Source: a virus
Taxonomy: Duplodnaviria; Caudoviricetes
Reading direction: 5' to 3' (one strand)
Virus record (IMG/VR): IMGVR_UViG_3300009095_000023
Coordinates: 1-47,437 of that record
DNA length: 47,437 nucleotides
The notes beneath the pieces were generated by a model. It worked only from the letters and a program-made list of their open reading frames with translations, made no database searches and was not told the DNA's origin. Shown piece by piece: positions 25,815 to 34,300 of the stretch (position 1 is its first letter; each line of letters opens with the position of its first letter). Both the position numbers and the translations under genes were made by a program.

Positions 25815-27299
25815 CTACGCCCCTTGCATCACTGTTAACGACTGCCGGAACATTTCTTCTTGCTCCCGAGTGTCTTTATCGATTCTGTGAGCCTTCCGGA
25901 GTACGTTTGAGACCATCGGTTCTTCAATCTCCGTGATCGGAATATGCACATTCAGCGGTCGCGTTGAGCCGATACGATTCGATCGCTTCACAGCCTGATA
26001 AAAGTCCTCATAGGAATCGTTCATTCCGTTGAAGATTTGTCGAGTCGCGACTTGCAGGTTTAGTCCGAACCCCAGAACTTTTGGCTTGCTGATCAGGACT
26101 TTGACGCGACCGGTCGTGAAGTCCGCTATCAGTTCCCGACGCCTGTTCATCGGAGTGCTGCCACTAATGCTTGCGGCCTCCGGTAGAAGTCGCTCCATAC
26201 GGTCTTGCTCATCGTTAAAGTGACACCAGATAATGGTTGATTCATCCGGCCACGACTCGATTAGTTCGCGAATTCGCTTCGGCTTGTTTGACGGGATTCC
26301 GTCTTTCCCCTTTGCAATCTGCATCAACTTTGATCGCTGCCCGATTCCACCTGCCTCACTGACCATCAATTTTCCGGTCAATTTCTGGACTGCCATCTGC
26401 TGTTCCGGAGTAAGGTCAACACGTTCGATGTGAACGTGGATCGGGGGAATTCCGCCGGTGTTGTCCTGCCACCCATAGACAGATGGATCAGTCAGGAAAA
26501 TGCACCAATGTGAGAGGTCGCGGTAGAACGGTTGCAGTGCATGAGGCTTGAGAATCCACCGCTCTTGAGTTTTGCCTTTATTGACAAAATAGCGGGCTAG
26601 GAATTCATGCGTGGTTCGGAAGTGATCACAAAAGACTGCATGGTTCGCGTACTCGATGCGATCGTTCGGCGCGGGAGTCCCCGTCATTGCCAGCTTCCAC
26701 CTCAGGCCTTGACCCATTTCAATCAGCCGCGTTCCCCACGCACCGTAATGGCTTTTCAGATTGCTAGATTCATCCAGAATCAGCCCACGAAGATTTCCCG
26801 GCTTGATGTCGTCTCGAATGGCCTCATAGTTGGTGATGCCGATTTCGAATTCAGAACCGTTCAGCCACCCCTGCAGGTCTTTCGCGGCAACCTGAGCGAT
26901 CGGCAATCCATCCCCATAGAACCGCTGGCATTCCTCCAGCGTCTGCTCCACGACCATCAATGGGGCAATCATCAACAGCCGACCGGATGATTCCACGTTG
27001 CGAACGTGGCGAGCGAATTCGAGAGAGATAATTGTCTTGCCGAGTCCACAATCCGCAAAGACGGCGAACTTCTCTTTCCGCACGGCCATTGCCGCAATAT
27101 CGGCTTGATAGTCCATACAGAATTCAGACGGGATGAACCCTCCGTGGTTCTTTGCCCGCTGTTTTTCGCCGGTGATATGATGCGCGTATTCATCCGGGAC
27201 GACAGCCCGGAGTCCGCGCCACGAATAAGCCGGTGTTCGCTTGAGTCGCAAGAACTTTTCATAGTCCTGCATTGATGATGAATCGAAGTTGACGAGCAT
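25815..27299 (-). CDS. SF2 (SNF2-like) helicase
   Basis: 'DCGLGKT', 'LDESS', 'TGTP', 'GFGLNLQ', 'QA..RS.R.G'; TAATG coupling to the MTase gene. Confidence 0.9.
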   Translation of the reverse strand: MLVNFDSSSMQDYEKFLRLKRTPAYSWRGLRAVVPDEYAHHITGEKQRAKNHGGFIPSEFCMDYQADIAAMAVRKEKFAVFADCGLGKTIISLEFARHVRNVESSGRLLMIAPLMVVEQTLEECQRFYGDGLPIAQVAAKDLQGWLNGSEFEIGITNYEAIRDDIKPGNLRGLILDESSNLKSHYGAWGTRLIEMGQGLRWKLAMTGTPAPNDRIEYANHAVFCDHFRTTHEFLARYFVNKGKTQERWILKPHALQPFYRDLSHWCIFLTDPSVYGWQDNTGGIPPIHVHIERVDLTPEQQMAVQKLTGKLMVSEAGGIGQRSKLMQIAKGKDGIPSNKPKRIRELIESWPDESTIIWCHFNDEQDRMERLLPEAASISGSTPMNRRRELIADFTTGRVKVLISKPKVLGFGLNLQVATRQIFNGMNDSYEDFYQAVKRSNRIGSTRPLNVHIPITEIEEPMVSNVLRKAHRIDKDTREQEEMFRQSLTVMQGA

Positions 27300-28165
27300 T
27301 AGAACAGAGTCCTTTCCGATTCCTGCAATGCCTGAACGCTGGCGAGATTCTTGCGAGCCTGAGCGACGTATTCGTCTTTGAGTTCGCATCCGTAGAACCG
27401 CCTGCCGAGCTTCAACGCGACATATCCCTCGCTGCCGATTCCAGCGAACGGAGAGAAAACCAGTTCTTCGGGATTGGAGTAGAGTCGAATCAATCGCTCA
27501 ATCACGTCCAACTGCAATGGGCAAATGTGGCGAGTGTCGTCGTCTGCCTTAGCCGCTGCCGTGTTGAGCGTGTTCGTTTCACGGATGTCGGTCCATGCGG
27601 CTTCCGCCCAATCGATCCATTGATTTCGCGAAACCTGGCATTCCGAGTCAATTGGTACCGCGTTCTCTCCAGGGGCACGGAATTTGATCAGATAGTCTGG
27701 GATGGCCCCGCGAGACTTAGCCCGGTCGGACTCCAGGCCTGCGAACTGCAACTCTCGCGACCGCGTGCGGATTGCTTGCGCCTGCGGATTTTTCGTCACG
27801 CACCAGTCGTATTCGTAGACCAGGCCAGCACGCTCTCCGATGCGGATATTGAGTCCCCGAAAGTCACACATTCCAACTTCGCCAGTGCGCTTCATTCGCG
27901 GGATCTGGCAGACGTGAACGACCGCCACCCTGCCCGGCTTCAAGACGCGGGCCAGTGCCCGGTAGAAAAACGACAGGTGAATCTTCGCCTCCGCATCCAC
28001 CGTCGCCGTGTTGCCGATATCCGCCTCGCTGGACGTATACGCATAGAGCGAAGGAAACGGCGGAGAAAAGACTGCGAAGTCAACGGACTCCGCGTCCATT
28101 TCTGAAGCCATGTGCGGAATGCAATCTCCGTGATGAATGTGCCAACTCTCGTCAAACTTAATCAT
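27299..28165 (-). CDS. N4-cytosine/N6-adenine DNA methyltransferase
   Basis: 'FSPPF' and 'PFAGIGS' motifs. Confidence 0.88.
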   Translation of the reverse strand: MIKFDESWHIHHGDCIPHMASEMDAESVDFAVFSPPFPSLYAYTSSEADIGNTATVDAEAKIHLSFFYRALARVLKPGRVAVVHVCQIPRMKRTGEVGMCDFRGLNIRIGERAGLVYEYDWCVTKNPQAQAIRTRSRELQFAGLESDRAKSRGAIPDYLIKFRAPGENAVPIDSECQVSRNQWIDWAEAAWTDIRETNTLNTAAAKADDDTRHICPLQLDVIERLIRLYSNPEELVFSPFAGIGSEGYVALKLGRRFYGCELKDEYVAQARKNLASVQALQESERTLF

Positions 28166-28342
28166 TTCAACACCTAACCCCTCTTGATTAAAAGCCGACC
28201 GGGGTTTATCACCCCGATCGACTCGGGTCCGCCGGTAGCGATGGCGGGTTCTGTTGTTTCAAGCCGCCTGGGTCATCGTCCTTAACACCCCAGACGGTCG
28301 AGCTACTGGCAAACCGACGGGTCTGTAATTCGCCAGCAGCAC

Positions 28343-28534
28343 TCACCTGACAGCCGCCTTGCCGTCATCACACCCTCCGTTGATGTTGAGCCAAACCTCA
28401 CGTCGATGCACTGCGACGTTGTCCGGGGCGTCGATTCCCAGACGAACTTGGTTCTCGCGAATTTCGATCACCGTTACTGTGACGTCGTCGCCAACGTGAA
28501 TGGCCTGACCAACTTTCCGTGACAAAACTAGCAT
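28343..28534 (-). CDS. csrA: Carbon storage regulator CsrA homolog
   Basis: MLVLSRK.GQ.I..GD.V.V.V..I...QVRLGI.AP..V.VHR.E. Confidence 0.92.
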   Translation of the reverse strand: MLVLSRKVGQAIHVGDDVTVTVIEIRENQVRLGIDAPDNVAVHRREVWLNINGGCDDGKAAVR

Positions 28535-28611
28535 TGGATTCCCTTCCTAAAACTTGGTGGTTCCTGCCGGATGGCAGCAAAGAAAAAGACCTCGCGTGAA
28601 GATTCGCGGGT

Positions 28612-29124
28612 CTAGGAACTGTCGTGGCAGTTCGATCCCCCTCGGACCTGAGACGCTATCCTTCTCAGGCAAGTCCTGGGGACATGGGGAAAGTCTCTAC
28701 AGATACCGCGAACAGAATCTCCCGAACGAATGCGACTCAAGACCTGCTCTCGGATCTCATCCGGTAGGATGTATCTCTTTGGACGAGACCGTTTCCCCTT
28801 GGCCTCGATGGCATCGAGTCTGTTTTCCGACTCGCTTCCCAGCGTTAAATGCAAGGCGTTTACACAAGACGGGTTGTTGCACTTGTGCCGCACTAAGAAA
28901 CCCGCCGGGATTGGCTGCCGATTTCCAATGACCCAAGAGACTCGATGTGCCTGAACCGTTCGGCGACGACCGTCATTGCAGACGACCGAGAAGACGCCGT
29001 ATCCATCGCAGGTGGCCGCTGTCCATTCTCGGCACCCACTCTCACTGTCGATCGATTTAGAGAAAAACCGTCGAACCAGAGCGGGAGTGACTTCAAAATG
29101 CAACGGGGAGGATGCAACGCTCAT
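28612..29124 (-). CDS. HNH endonuclease
   Basis: 'C.EW', 'AHRVSW' and 'HKCNNPSCVN..HL..G...EN..D'. Confidence 0.85.
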   Translation of the reverse strand: MSVASSPLHFEVTPALVRRFFSKSIDSESGCREWTAATCDGYGVFSVVCNDGRRRTVQAHRVSWVIGNRQPIPAGFLVRHKCNNPSCVNALHLTLGSESENRLDAIEAKGKRSRPKRYILPDEIREQVLSRIRSGDSVRGICRDFPHVPRTCLRRIASQVRGGSNCHDSS

Positions 29125-29140
29125 GCGGCACCCCCTGTCG

Positions 29141-30004
29141 TCAGAAGAGTGTCAACTGCCTGAATCCGCTGTACGGCGTTGTGAGAGCTTCCGGCCACGG
29201 GAAATGCGGCGCGGCGTGATTCAGAATCGTCAATCTGTCCTGATAGTGGCTCATGACGCGAGGGATTCCGCAGCCGTGGATCAACTTGCCCGCATCGCCA
29301 GAAGTCATTGACCACATCGTGACAGCGGCCTGCCGAAACATCTTCGGCGTTATGATTCGCACCCCAGCTTTCTGACAGAACTCCCTGAGCTGTCGCCTGA
29401 GAATGTGAGGTGAGCGACCGCAGCGATTGTGCAGGAAGTACAGGTCGCGATGAACGTACTGGCACAGCGGAAAAACGTGAGGCTTGCCGGTCTTGTGCGC
29501 CGAAAACTCTATTCGATCCTCGCAGAAGTGCTCCGGGCCGAGGGTCCAAGTGATATCTGACAACCTTAGACCCGTCCAGATTGCAGCGCAAAACCAGGAA
29601 CGCCACCACTCGCGACGATTTTGCACAACCGGCCACGTCGCACATGACAACACGGAGCACAGCGAATTGATTTCTTCGAGCGACACAGGCTTCGGTGCCG
29701 GTTCTTTGAGCTTGAGACGCCTTCCCTTTGGAGGCGGCTCGGCATCGATCGCGCCCATCATCGACGCTGTCGAGAACAACAGGTGTATCGTGTCGATGTT
29801 TGTTTCGATCGTTTTCGGCGCGAGCCCTTTCTCTTTGGCTCGGCAGCGAAACTCGGCGAACGTCGTGAGCGTGATTTCGTCGAGACGGTCCGTCTTCGTG
29901 ATGCGATTCCAGCGGGCGACTTCGTAGCCAATCTTCCGAACGGTCGATTCGTCGAGGTCGGGCGCGTAGCGCCTGTATAATTCCAGAGCTTCCACTGAGG
30001 TCAT
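29141..30004 (-). CDS. int: Tyrosine recombinase/integrase (start uncertain, up to 30142)
   Basis: 'TGLRLSD', 'KTGK', 'PKMFR' (HxxR variant) and 'HG...SHY'; adjacent to a tRNA-derived att site. Confidence 0.8.
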   Translation of the reverse strand: MTSVEALELYRRYAPDLDESTVRKIGYEVARWNRITKTDRLDEITLTTFAEFRCRAKEKGLAPKTIETNIDTIHLLFSTASMMGAIDAEPPPKGRRLKLKEPAPKPVSLEEINSLCSVLSCATWPVVQNRREWWRSWFCAAIWTGLRLSDITWTLGPEHFCEDRIEFSAHKTGKPHVFPLCQYVHRDLYFLHNRCGRSPHILRRQLREFCQKAGVRIITPKMFRQAAVTMWSMTSGDAGKLIHGCGIPRVMSHYQDRLTILNHAAPHFPWPEALTTPYSGFRQLTLF

Positions 30005-30116
30005 CAGAAAAATTCCGGCAGAGAGACGTGCATTTCTCCCTATCGGCAAATCCTGCCAGTCGGCTACACGCCTCAATGAATTTTCCGTAAAGTCTTTGGC
30101 TCGACATCCTTCGACC

Positions 30117-30145
30117 TTGCAGGCAACTCCAAATTTGCCCACAAT
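30117..30145 (+). promoter_or_regulatory. Candidate promoter facing the tRNA half in attP
   Basis: TTGCAG-17 bp-CACAAT, about 45 bp upstream of the tRNA fragment. Confidence 0.45.
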
Positions 30146-30190
30146 GCTGGCAGCTTTATTTGTGCCACTTGAACCGCTTGTTCAAGGCAT

Positions 30191-30230
30191 CGGGATGTAG
30201 CTCAGCTTGGCTAGAGCGCTACGTTCGGGA
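30191..30230 (+). mobile_element. Putative attP core: 5' half of tRNA-Pro(CGG)
   Basis: CGGGATG-TA-GCTC-AGCTTGGCTA-GAGC-G-CTACG-TTCGGGA; tRNA similarity stops at the end of the anticodon loop; next to the integrase. Confidence 0.8.
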
Positions 30231-30377
30231 ATCGGGACTCCGAACGCACATCCGTCAAAGAGCACAAACTTTCACCGCCTTGTCTAACGCTACTCCGCGT
30301 TTGCATCGTGGTGATTCATTCACAGGAGGCATCTCAAACAATGCCTGTCAAACACTCCGGTTCTGACAATGCTTCCA

Positions 30378-30440
30378 TTCCGCCCCGCACGCCGCGTTAA
30401 GCGACGCCGGGGCTCTTGGAATGAAAGGTCTGATGAGTGG
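30378..30440 (-). repeat. 63-bp structured element, copy 1
   Basis: Near-identical to 30791-30853; long hairpin with G-U pairs favoured on the minus strand. Confidence 0.8.
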
Positions 30441-30441
30441 C

Positions 30442-30507
30442 ATGATGTCCGACCTCGGACATTCTGTCAAGTTCGATCTTGAAAAATTGTCCGACGTGGG
30501 ACAGAAT
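30442..30507. promoter_or_regulatory. Divergent promoters, each with an operator in the spacer
   Basis: Leftward TTGACA-17-CATCAT (30470-30442) with operator TGTCCGACCTCGGACA (30446-30461); rightward TTGAAA-17-CAGAAT (30479-30507) with operator TGTCCGACGTGGGACA (30488-30503). Confidence 0.75.
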
Positions 30508-30514
30508 ACGGGAG

Positions 30515-30757
30515 ATGACAAATCAAATGATCGACAAACGAAAGATGACCGCCAAGGAAGCCAGCGAAAAGCTAGGCATTTCCGAAAGGCAAGTTCGCCG
30601 GTACTGCGCTCGACCAGACTGCCCCGGTGCGGATTTCCATCCGTTCTTCGAGGGGTCCAGTCGCGGTGTGTATTTGCTGACCGAGAGAACGTTGCGATGG
30701 CTGAAACGGAACGTGCCTGCATACAAGAGAAATCACCCCGAAGAAGTTTCCGGGTGA
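30515..30757 (+). CDS. HTH protein (Cro/excisionase-like)
   Basis: 'MTAKEASEKLGISERQVRRYC' HTH; start could be 30527. Confidence 0.7.
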   Translation: MTNQMIDKRKMTAKEASEKLGISERQVRRYCARPDCPGADFHPFFEGSSRGVYLLTERTLRWLKRNVPAYKRNHPEEVSG

Positions 30758-30790
30758 CGTCAGGCCCAAGCATTTAGTTCAGGCCCCCCG

Positions 30791-30853
30791 TTCCGCTCCG
30801 CACGCCGCGTTAAGCGACGCCGGGGCTTTGGAAAGAAAAGGTCTGATGAGTGG
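30791..30853 (-). repeat. 63-bp structured element, copy 2
   Basis: Near-identical to 30378-30440. Confidence 0.8.
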
Positions 30854-30894
30854 TGCGTTTACTAAATCGAGTAAGAATTTTGGAGATGCCTGAC

Positions 30895-31176
30895 ATGAGA
30901 GCCGAAACAGCACGGCGCAACATCTCCGCAAACATCACGAGATTGCTTGCCGCCAGAAACATGCGACCCTTGCAGCTCGCTGAAGAGGTGCGAGATAGTT
31001 CTACGCAGAACACAATCTACAGGATCGTTCGCGGGGACACCTGCGGGACGATTCCTGTTCTGGCTGCGATTGCGGAAGTCCTGGGCGTGACAATCGACTA
31101 CCTTGTTTCCGATCCAGACACCCACGAGAAAAAGGTTGGCGGTCGTCGCAGATCGAAACTGCACGCCGCGTCATAG
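30895..31176 (+). CDS. XRE-family HTH repressor
   Basis: 'NI.RLL..RNM...QLAE....TI.RI..G......L..IAEVLGVTIDYL'. Confidence 0.8.
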   Translation: MRAETARRNISANITRLLAARNMRPLQLAEEVRDSSTQNTIYRIVRGDTCGTIPVLAAIAEVLGVTIDYLVSDPDTHEKKVGGRRRSKLHAAS

Positions 31177-31205
31177 CCGATCCGCCAAAACAACCTGATC
31201 ATCCC

Positions 31206-31229
31206 GCCCGCCATTGAGCGGGCTTTTTT
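31206..31229 (+). terminator. Rho-independent terminator
   Basis: GCCCGC-CATTGA-GCGGGC-TTTTTT. Confidence 0.75.
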
Positions 31230-31255
31230 CTTGCGCCAAAACTCCCGGCAAAAAA

Positions 31256-31319
31256 CTTCCGACCTCGGACACATTTTTCGGCTTCTGCACTTGACTTAAT
31301 GTCCGACGTCGGACACAAT
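31256..31319 (+). promoter_or_regulatory. Rightward early promoter with two operators
   Basis: TTGACT-17-CACAAT (31291-31319); perfect palindrome TGTCCGACGTCGGACA (31300-31315) and CTTCCGACCTCGGACA (31256-31271). Confidence 0.8.
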
Positions 31320-31385
31320 CACACCCGTCAGACGCAAATCGCTCTGGCGGGGATCACTGCCCCACACAACAGCAAGGGGAGTTCA

Positions 31386-31790
31386 ATGAGCGCGGAACTG
31401 AGACAAGAGTTGGACATCGCCGCGGCTCTGGCTGCCATGCCGGAAGCGACAGTCGAAGAGTGCTACGCGATGAAAGGCGGGTTCGGTGGCAGGGAGCACG
31501 TCGCGTACATGAGCCTTTTCGTTGGTGTGGCTTCGGTCGACGTTTACTTCGAGTGCATACCTGACGTGTGCGACGGTCCGGGAAACAAGGATGTGATCGT
31601 CGGATTGAGAGGCGTGAGGGTTTGCGAAGTCGAGGTTCACCCGGCAGACGAAACTCTGGGCTGGACATCGAGAACGTTCCCCGTGAACGCAGCTGGCGGG
31701 ACGTTCGAGGAGTGGAACGAGGCGGTTTGGCAGAAGCTCGAGGGGCGAAAAACAAGCCTGGCCGAAGCTGTTTTCGGCGTGATTATCTGA
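31386..31790 (+). CDS. Hypothetical protein
   Basis: RBS GGGGAG; first gene after the promoter. Confidence 0.55.
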   Translation: MSAELRQELDIAAALAAMPEATVEECYAMKGGFGGREHVAYMSLFVGVASVDVYFECIPDVCDGPGNKDVIVGLRGVRVCEVEVHPADETLGWTSRTFPVNAAGGTFEEWNEAVWQKLEGRKTSLAEAVFGVII

Positions 31791-31801
31791 GGAGTGTGAC
31801 A

Positions 31802-32173
31802 ATGGAGATGCAGATTGAGGTCGGCAAAACGTACCGGGCGAAGAACGGAGAGGAGTGGACCGTCAAGGAAGAGAGAGACGGTCCCGACTATCAGTTCCTC
31901 GCTGAGAGATGTGATGGATGTCGTTGTTGGTTCAGGCGAGATGGACGGTTCTGCGCCAGTGGTTTCCCATCCGACAACGACCTGATCGAGGAGGTTGAGG
32001 CACCAGAAACCTCGCCCGCAGACGATGATCTGATCGAGAAAGTCCGGGGCAGGATTGCGCTTTTGAAGGAGCGAATCTCCAAGTTCGAGCCATTCTTGGC
32101 AGCGTGCGGTGGAGACTTCAACGAGGTCCGCAAGGTTGTCGATGCCATCGAGTCAGTGGGAGGTGCCAAGTGA
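31802..32173 (+). CDS. Hypothetical protein
   Basis: RBS GAGGAG; 'EVGKTY....G...DLIEE' small phage domain. Confidence 0.55.
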   Translation: MEMQIEVGKTYRAKNGEEWTVKEERDGPDYQFLAERCDGCRCWFRRDGRFCASGFPSDNDLIEEVEAPETSPADDDLIEKVRGRIALLKERISKFEPFLAACGGDFNEVRKVVDAIESVGGAK

Positions 32174-33138
32174 TTCAGGCGATTGCAAAAGATCGGACGC
32201 CAGAATGGCACGCGGCACGCAAGACTGGGGTTGGTGCCAGCGAAGCCGCTGCGGTGTGCGGGTTATCGCGGTGGGAAACGGCTCTTGACGTCTGGGCTCG
32301 AAAGACTGGCCGAGTAGACGGCAAGCTGGCGACGCCTGTGATGGAGCTTGGAACGCACCTTGAGCCCGACTTGCAGGCGGCAGTTGCCCGCGAGCATGAG
32401 ATCCGGGAAGCGTCTCCGGGGTTGTTCCGGCATCCCGAGATCGAATGCGTGCTGGCGTCACCTGACGGTGTTCTCGCGGACGGTCGCGGGCTCGAGCTGA
32501 AAGTGACCAGCGAGCGAAACGCTGACATCGGAGACGGTGTTGATGACCTGCCGACAGAGTGGCTTGCACAAGCTGAGCAGCAGATGGCGGTCTGCGGATT
32601 TTCGGCGGTCCTGTTTGGGGTCGCGGTGCTTCCCGAAGGCGTTCGCGAGTGGTTGCTCGATCATCTGGGGCCAGTCGGTGCCGCACAGGCAATTGGCGAG
32701 GGATTGCGCAGCGGGTCCGTTCCGCTTCGGTTTTGGACGATCGACCGGAACGAAAAGGTGATTGACGGAATTCTGAATCGAGACGTCGAATTCTGGCGTC
32801 ACGTTGAGTCGGATACGCCGCCGCAGGTCGACTGGGAGCACGCGAAGGCGTGCCAGGCAGTGAAGGCAGCGTTTAGCAGCATTCGCGATGAGGAATTCGT
32901 CACGCTTGACGATGAAGCCGCCGCGCTGTGGGAGCAGCGACGGGAGCAGAAAGCAATCATCAAAGAAGCAGAGAAGGTGTGCAGCAGGATTGACGCGGAG
33001 ATGTTTCTGCGAATCCAGCACGCCGGTGGAGGAGTGCTTCCCGACGGAAGCAAGCTGAAAAAGATCGTGGTCGGTGACAGCGTTGTCCCGAGCTACGTTC
33101 GCAAGGGGTATACATTTTTCCGACAGGTGAAAGGGTGA
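32170..33138 (+). CDS. YqaJ-like (lambda-exonuclease family) recombination nuclease
   Basis: 'W...R..G.GASE', 'G..LE', 'ASPDG', 'ELK', 'Q...Q'. Confidence 0.88.
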   Translation: MIQAIAKDRTPEWHAARKTGVGASEAAAVCGLSRWETALDVWARKTGRVDGKLATPVMELGTHLEPDLQAAVAREHEIREASPGLFRHPEIECVLASPDGVLADGRGLELKVTSERNADIGDGVDDLPTEWLAQAEQQMAVCGFSAVLFGVAVLPEGVREWLLDHLGPVGAAQAIGEGLRSGSVPLRFWTIDRNEKVIDGILNRDVEFWRHVESDTPPQVDWEHAKACQAVKAAFSSIRDEEFVTLDDEAAALWEQRREQKAIIKEAEKVCSRIDAEMFLRIQHAGGGVLPDGSKLKKIVVGDSVVPSYVRKGYTFFRQVKG

Positions 33139-33141
33139 GAT

Positions 33142-34200
33142 ATGAGCACTGCCGTTGCAAACAAACAGGATTCCCGTTCGATCTCGAACGCGAAGGAGTA
33201 CCGGGATCACGTGACAAAAATCGCCTCGTTCGTACTTGCGGACTGGGTTGGTGAAGAGAAGGCGCGCGAGTCCATCGGTCGCGTGTCGGTGGCGCTGAAT
33301 GCCGCTTCGGCGTCAGCGAAGAATCCGAAAGACTTCTACGACTGCACTCCCCAAAGTGTGGCAACCGTCGTTGCCGTGTCCGCGTTGACAGGGATCATGC
33401 CTTCGACTGGTGCGGGAGCGTTGGCGTGGGTGATTCCGCGCCGTGACCGCAAGGGCGAGCCGCCGAAGTTGCGTTATCAGCTCAGCCACCGCGGTTTGAA
33501 TGCTCTCGCTGCACGGGCTGGAATGATGATGGTCGCAATACCGATTAGCAAAAGCGACAAGGTTTCCCTGAACGCATTCGGGGAGGTCGACTTGAGTGGG
33601 ATCGATATCGAGAACCCGCCAACCACTGAGGACGAGTTTCGGGGCATCTGCGTTGCCGTCAAGAGCATCGGCAGTGGAGCGTTGATCACCCAAAACTACA
33701 TCCCGAAGAAAGTCATCGACAAACGCCGGGCCGCTTCGGATTCGTACCAATTCGCCGAAAGCAATGACTGGGCCAAGGCGACTGATCCGTGGCACAAGTG
33801 GTACGTCGAGATGGCGATGAAAACAGCCATGCACTACGCGATCAGTCGGGGGTGGTGCATCATCGACGACGCCGCAGCACAGAGGGCGTTGACCCTTGAT
33901 GTTGAGAGCGACCTGCCAGCAATCACAGGCCCGGAATCGAGCGGTCAGAGCAAGCTCGACCAAATGGCAAACGTCTTGAACCCGGAGGTAATCGACGTCG
34001 AAGCTAAGCCGACAGAAGAACCCGACCACGTTGCTCGAATCAAGTCAGACATCAAGTCCGCGAAAGACATCGGTGCAGTGCAATCCCTGTTTGACGAGGC
34101 GTCTGCACTGACGGACGCTGGCGAGATCAGTGACGCACAATTGGGAGATATCACCGCTGCGGCGAACGTTCGATCGGAAGAATTGGAAGGTGCGAAATGA
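33142..34200 (+). CDS. recT: RecT-family single-strand annealing protein
   Basis: 'C.P.S....A..G', 'Q.S..G...LA.R', 'PW..W..EMA.KT'; follows YqaJ. Confidence 0.75.
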   Translation: MSTAVANKQDSRSISNAKEYRDHVTKIASFVLADWVGEEKARESIGRVSVALNAASASAKNPKDFYDCTPQSVATVVAVSALTGIMPSTGAGALAWVIPRRDRKGEPPKLRYQLSHRGLNALAARAGMMMVAIPISKSDKVSLNAFGEVDLSGIDIENPPTTEDEFRGICVAVKSIGSGALITQNYIPKKVIDKRRAASDSYQFAESNDWAKATDPWHKWYVEMAMKTAMHYAISRGWCIIDDAAAQRALTLDVESDLPAITGPESSGQSKLDQMANVLNPEVIDVEAKPTEEPDHVARIKSDIKSAKDIGAVQSLFDEASALTDAGEISDAQLGDITAAANVRSEELEGAK

Positions 34201-34300
34201 ATATCGCGTTTTTCCGACGATGGTCAGTTTGACTTTTCATCTGGACCGATTTCGCCAGAGGCCACATGAAACATTAACGCCGCAAGGCAAAGGAGAAACA

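Noticed and set aside
30004-30040. Programmed frameshift joining a short MHVSLPEFF ORF to the integrase
   Set aside because: RBS spacing is too short and there is no clear slippery heptamer; simple TGATG coupling or chance explains it.
29121-30107. 328-aa alternative-frame ORF overlapping the integrase
   Set aside because: No recognisable motifs; shadow ORF in GC-rich DNA, like most antisense ORFs in the track.
30191-30230. Functional tRNA-Pro gene
   Set aside because: The 3' anticodon stem, T-arm and acceptor strand are missing.
30423-30437. GAAA...CTGATGAG hammerhead-like words in the duplicated element
   Set aside because: No room for stems I and III; the element folds better on the opposite strand.
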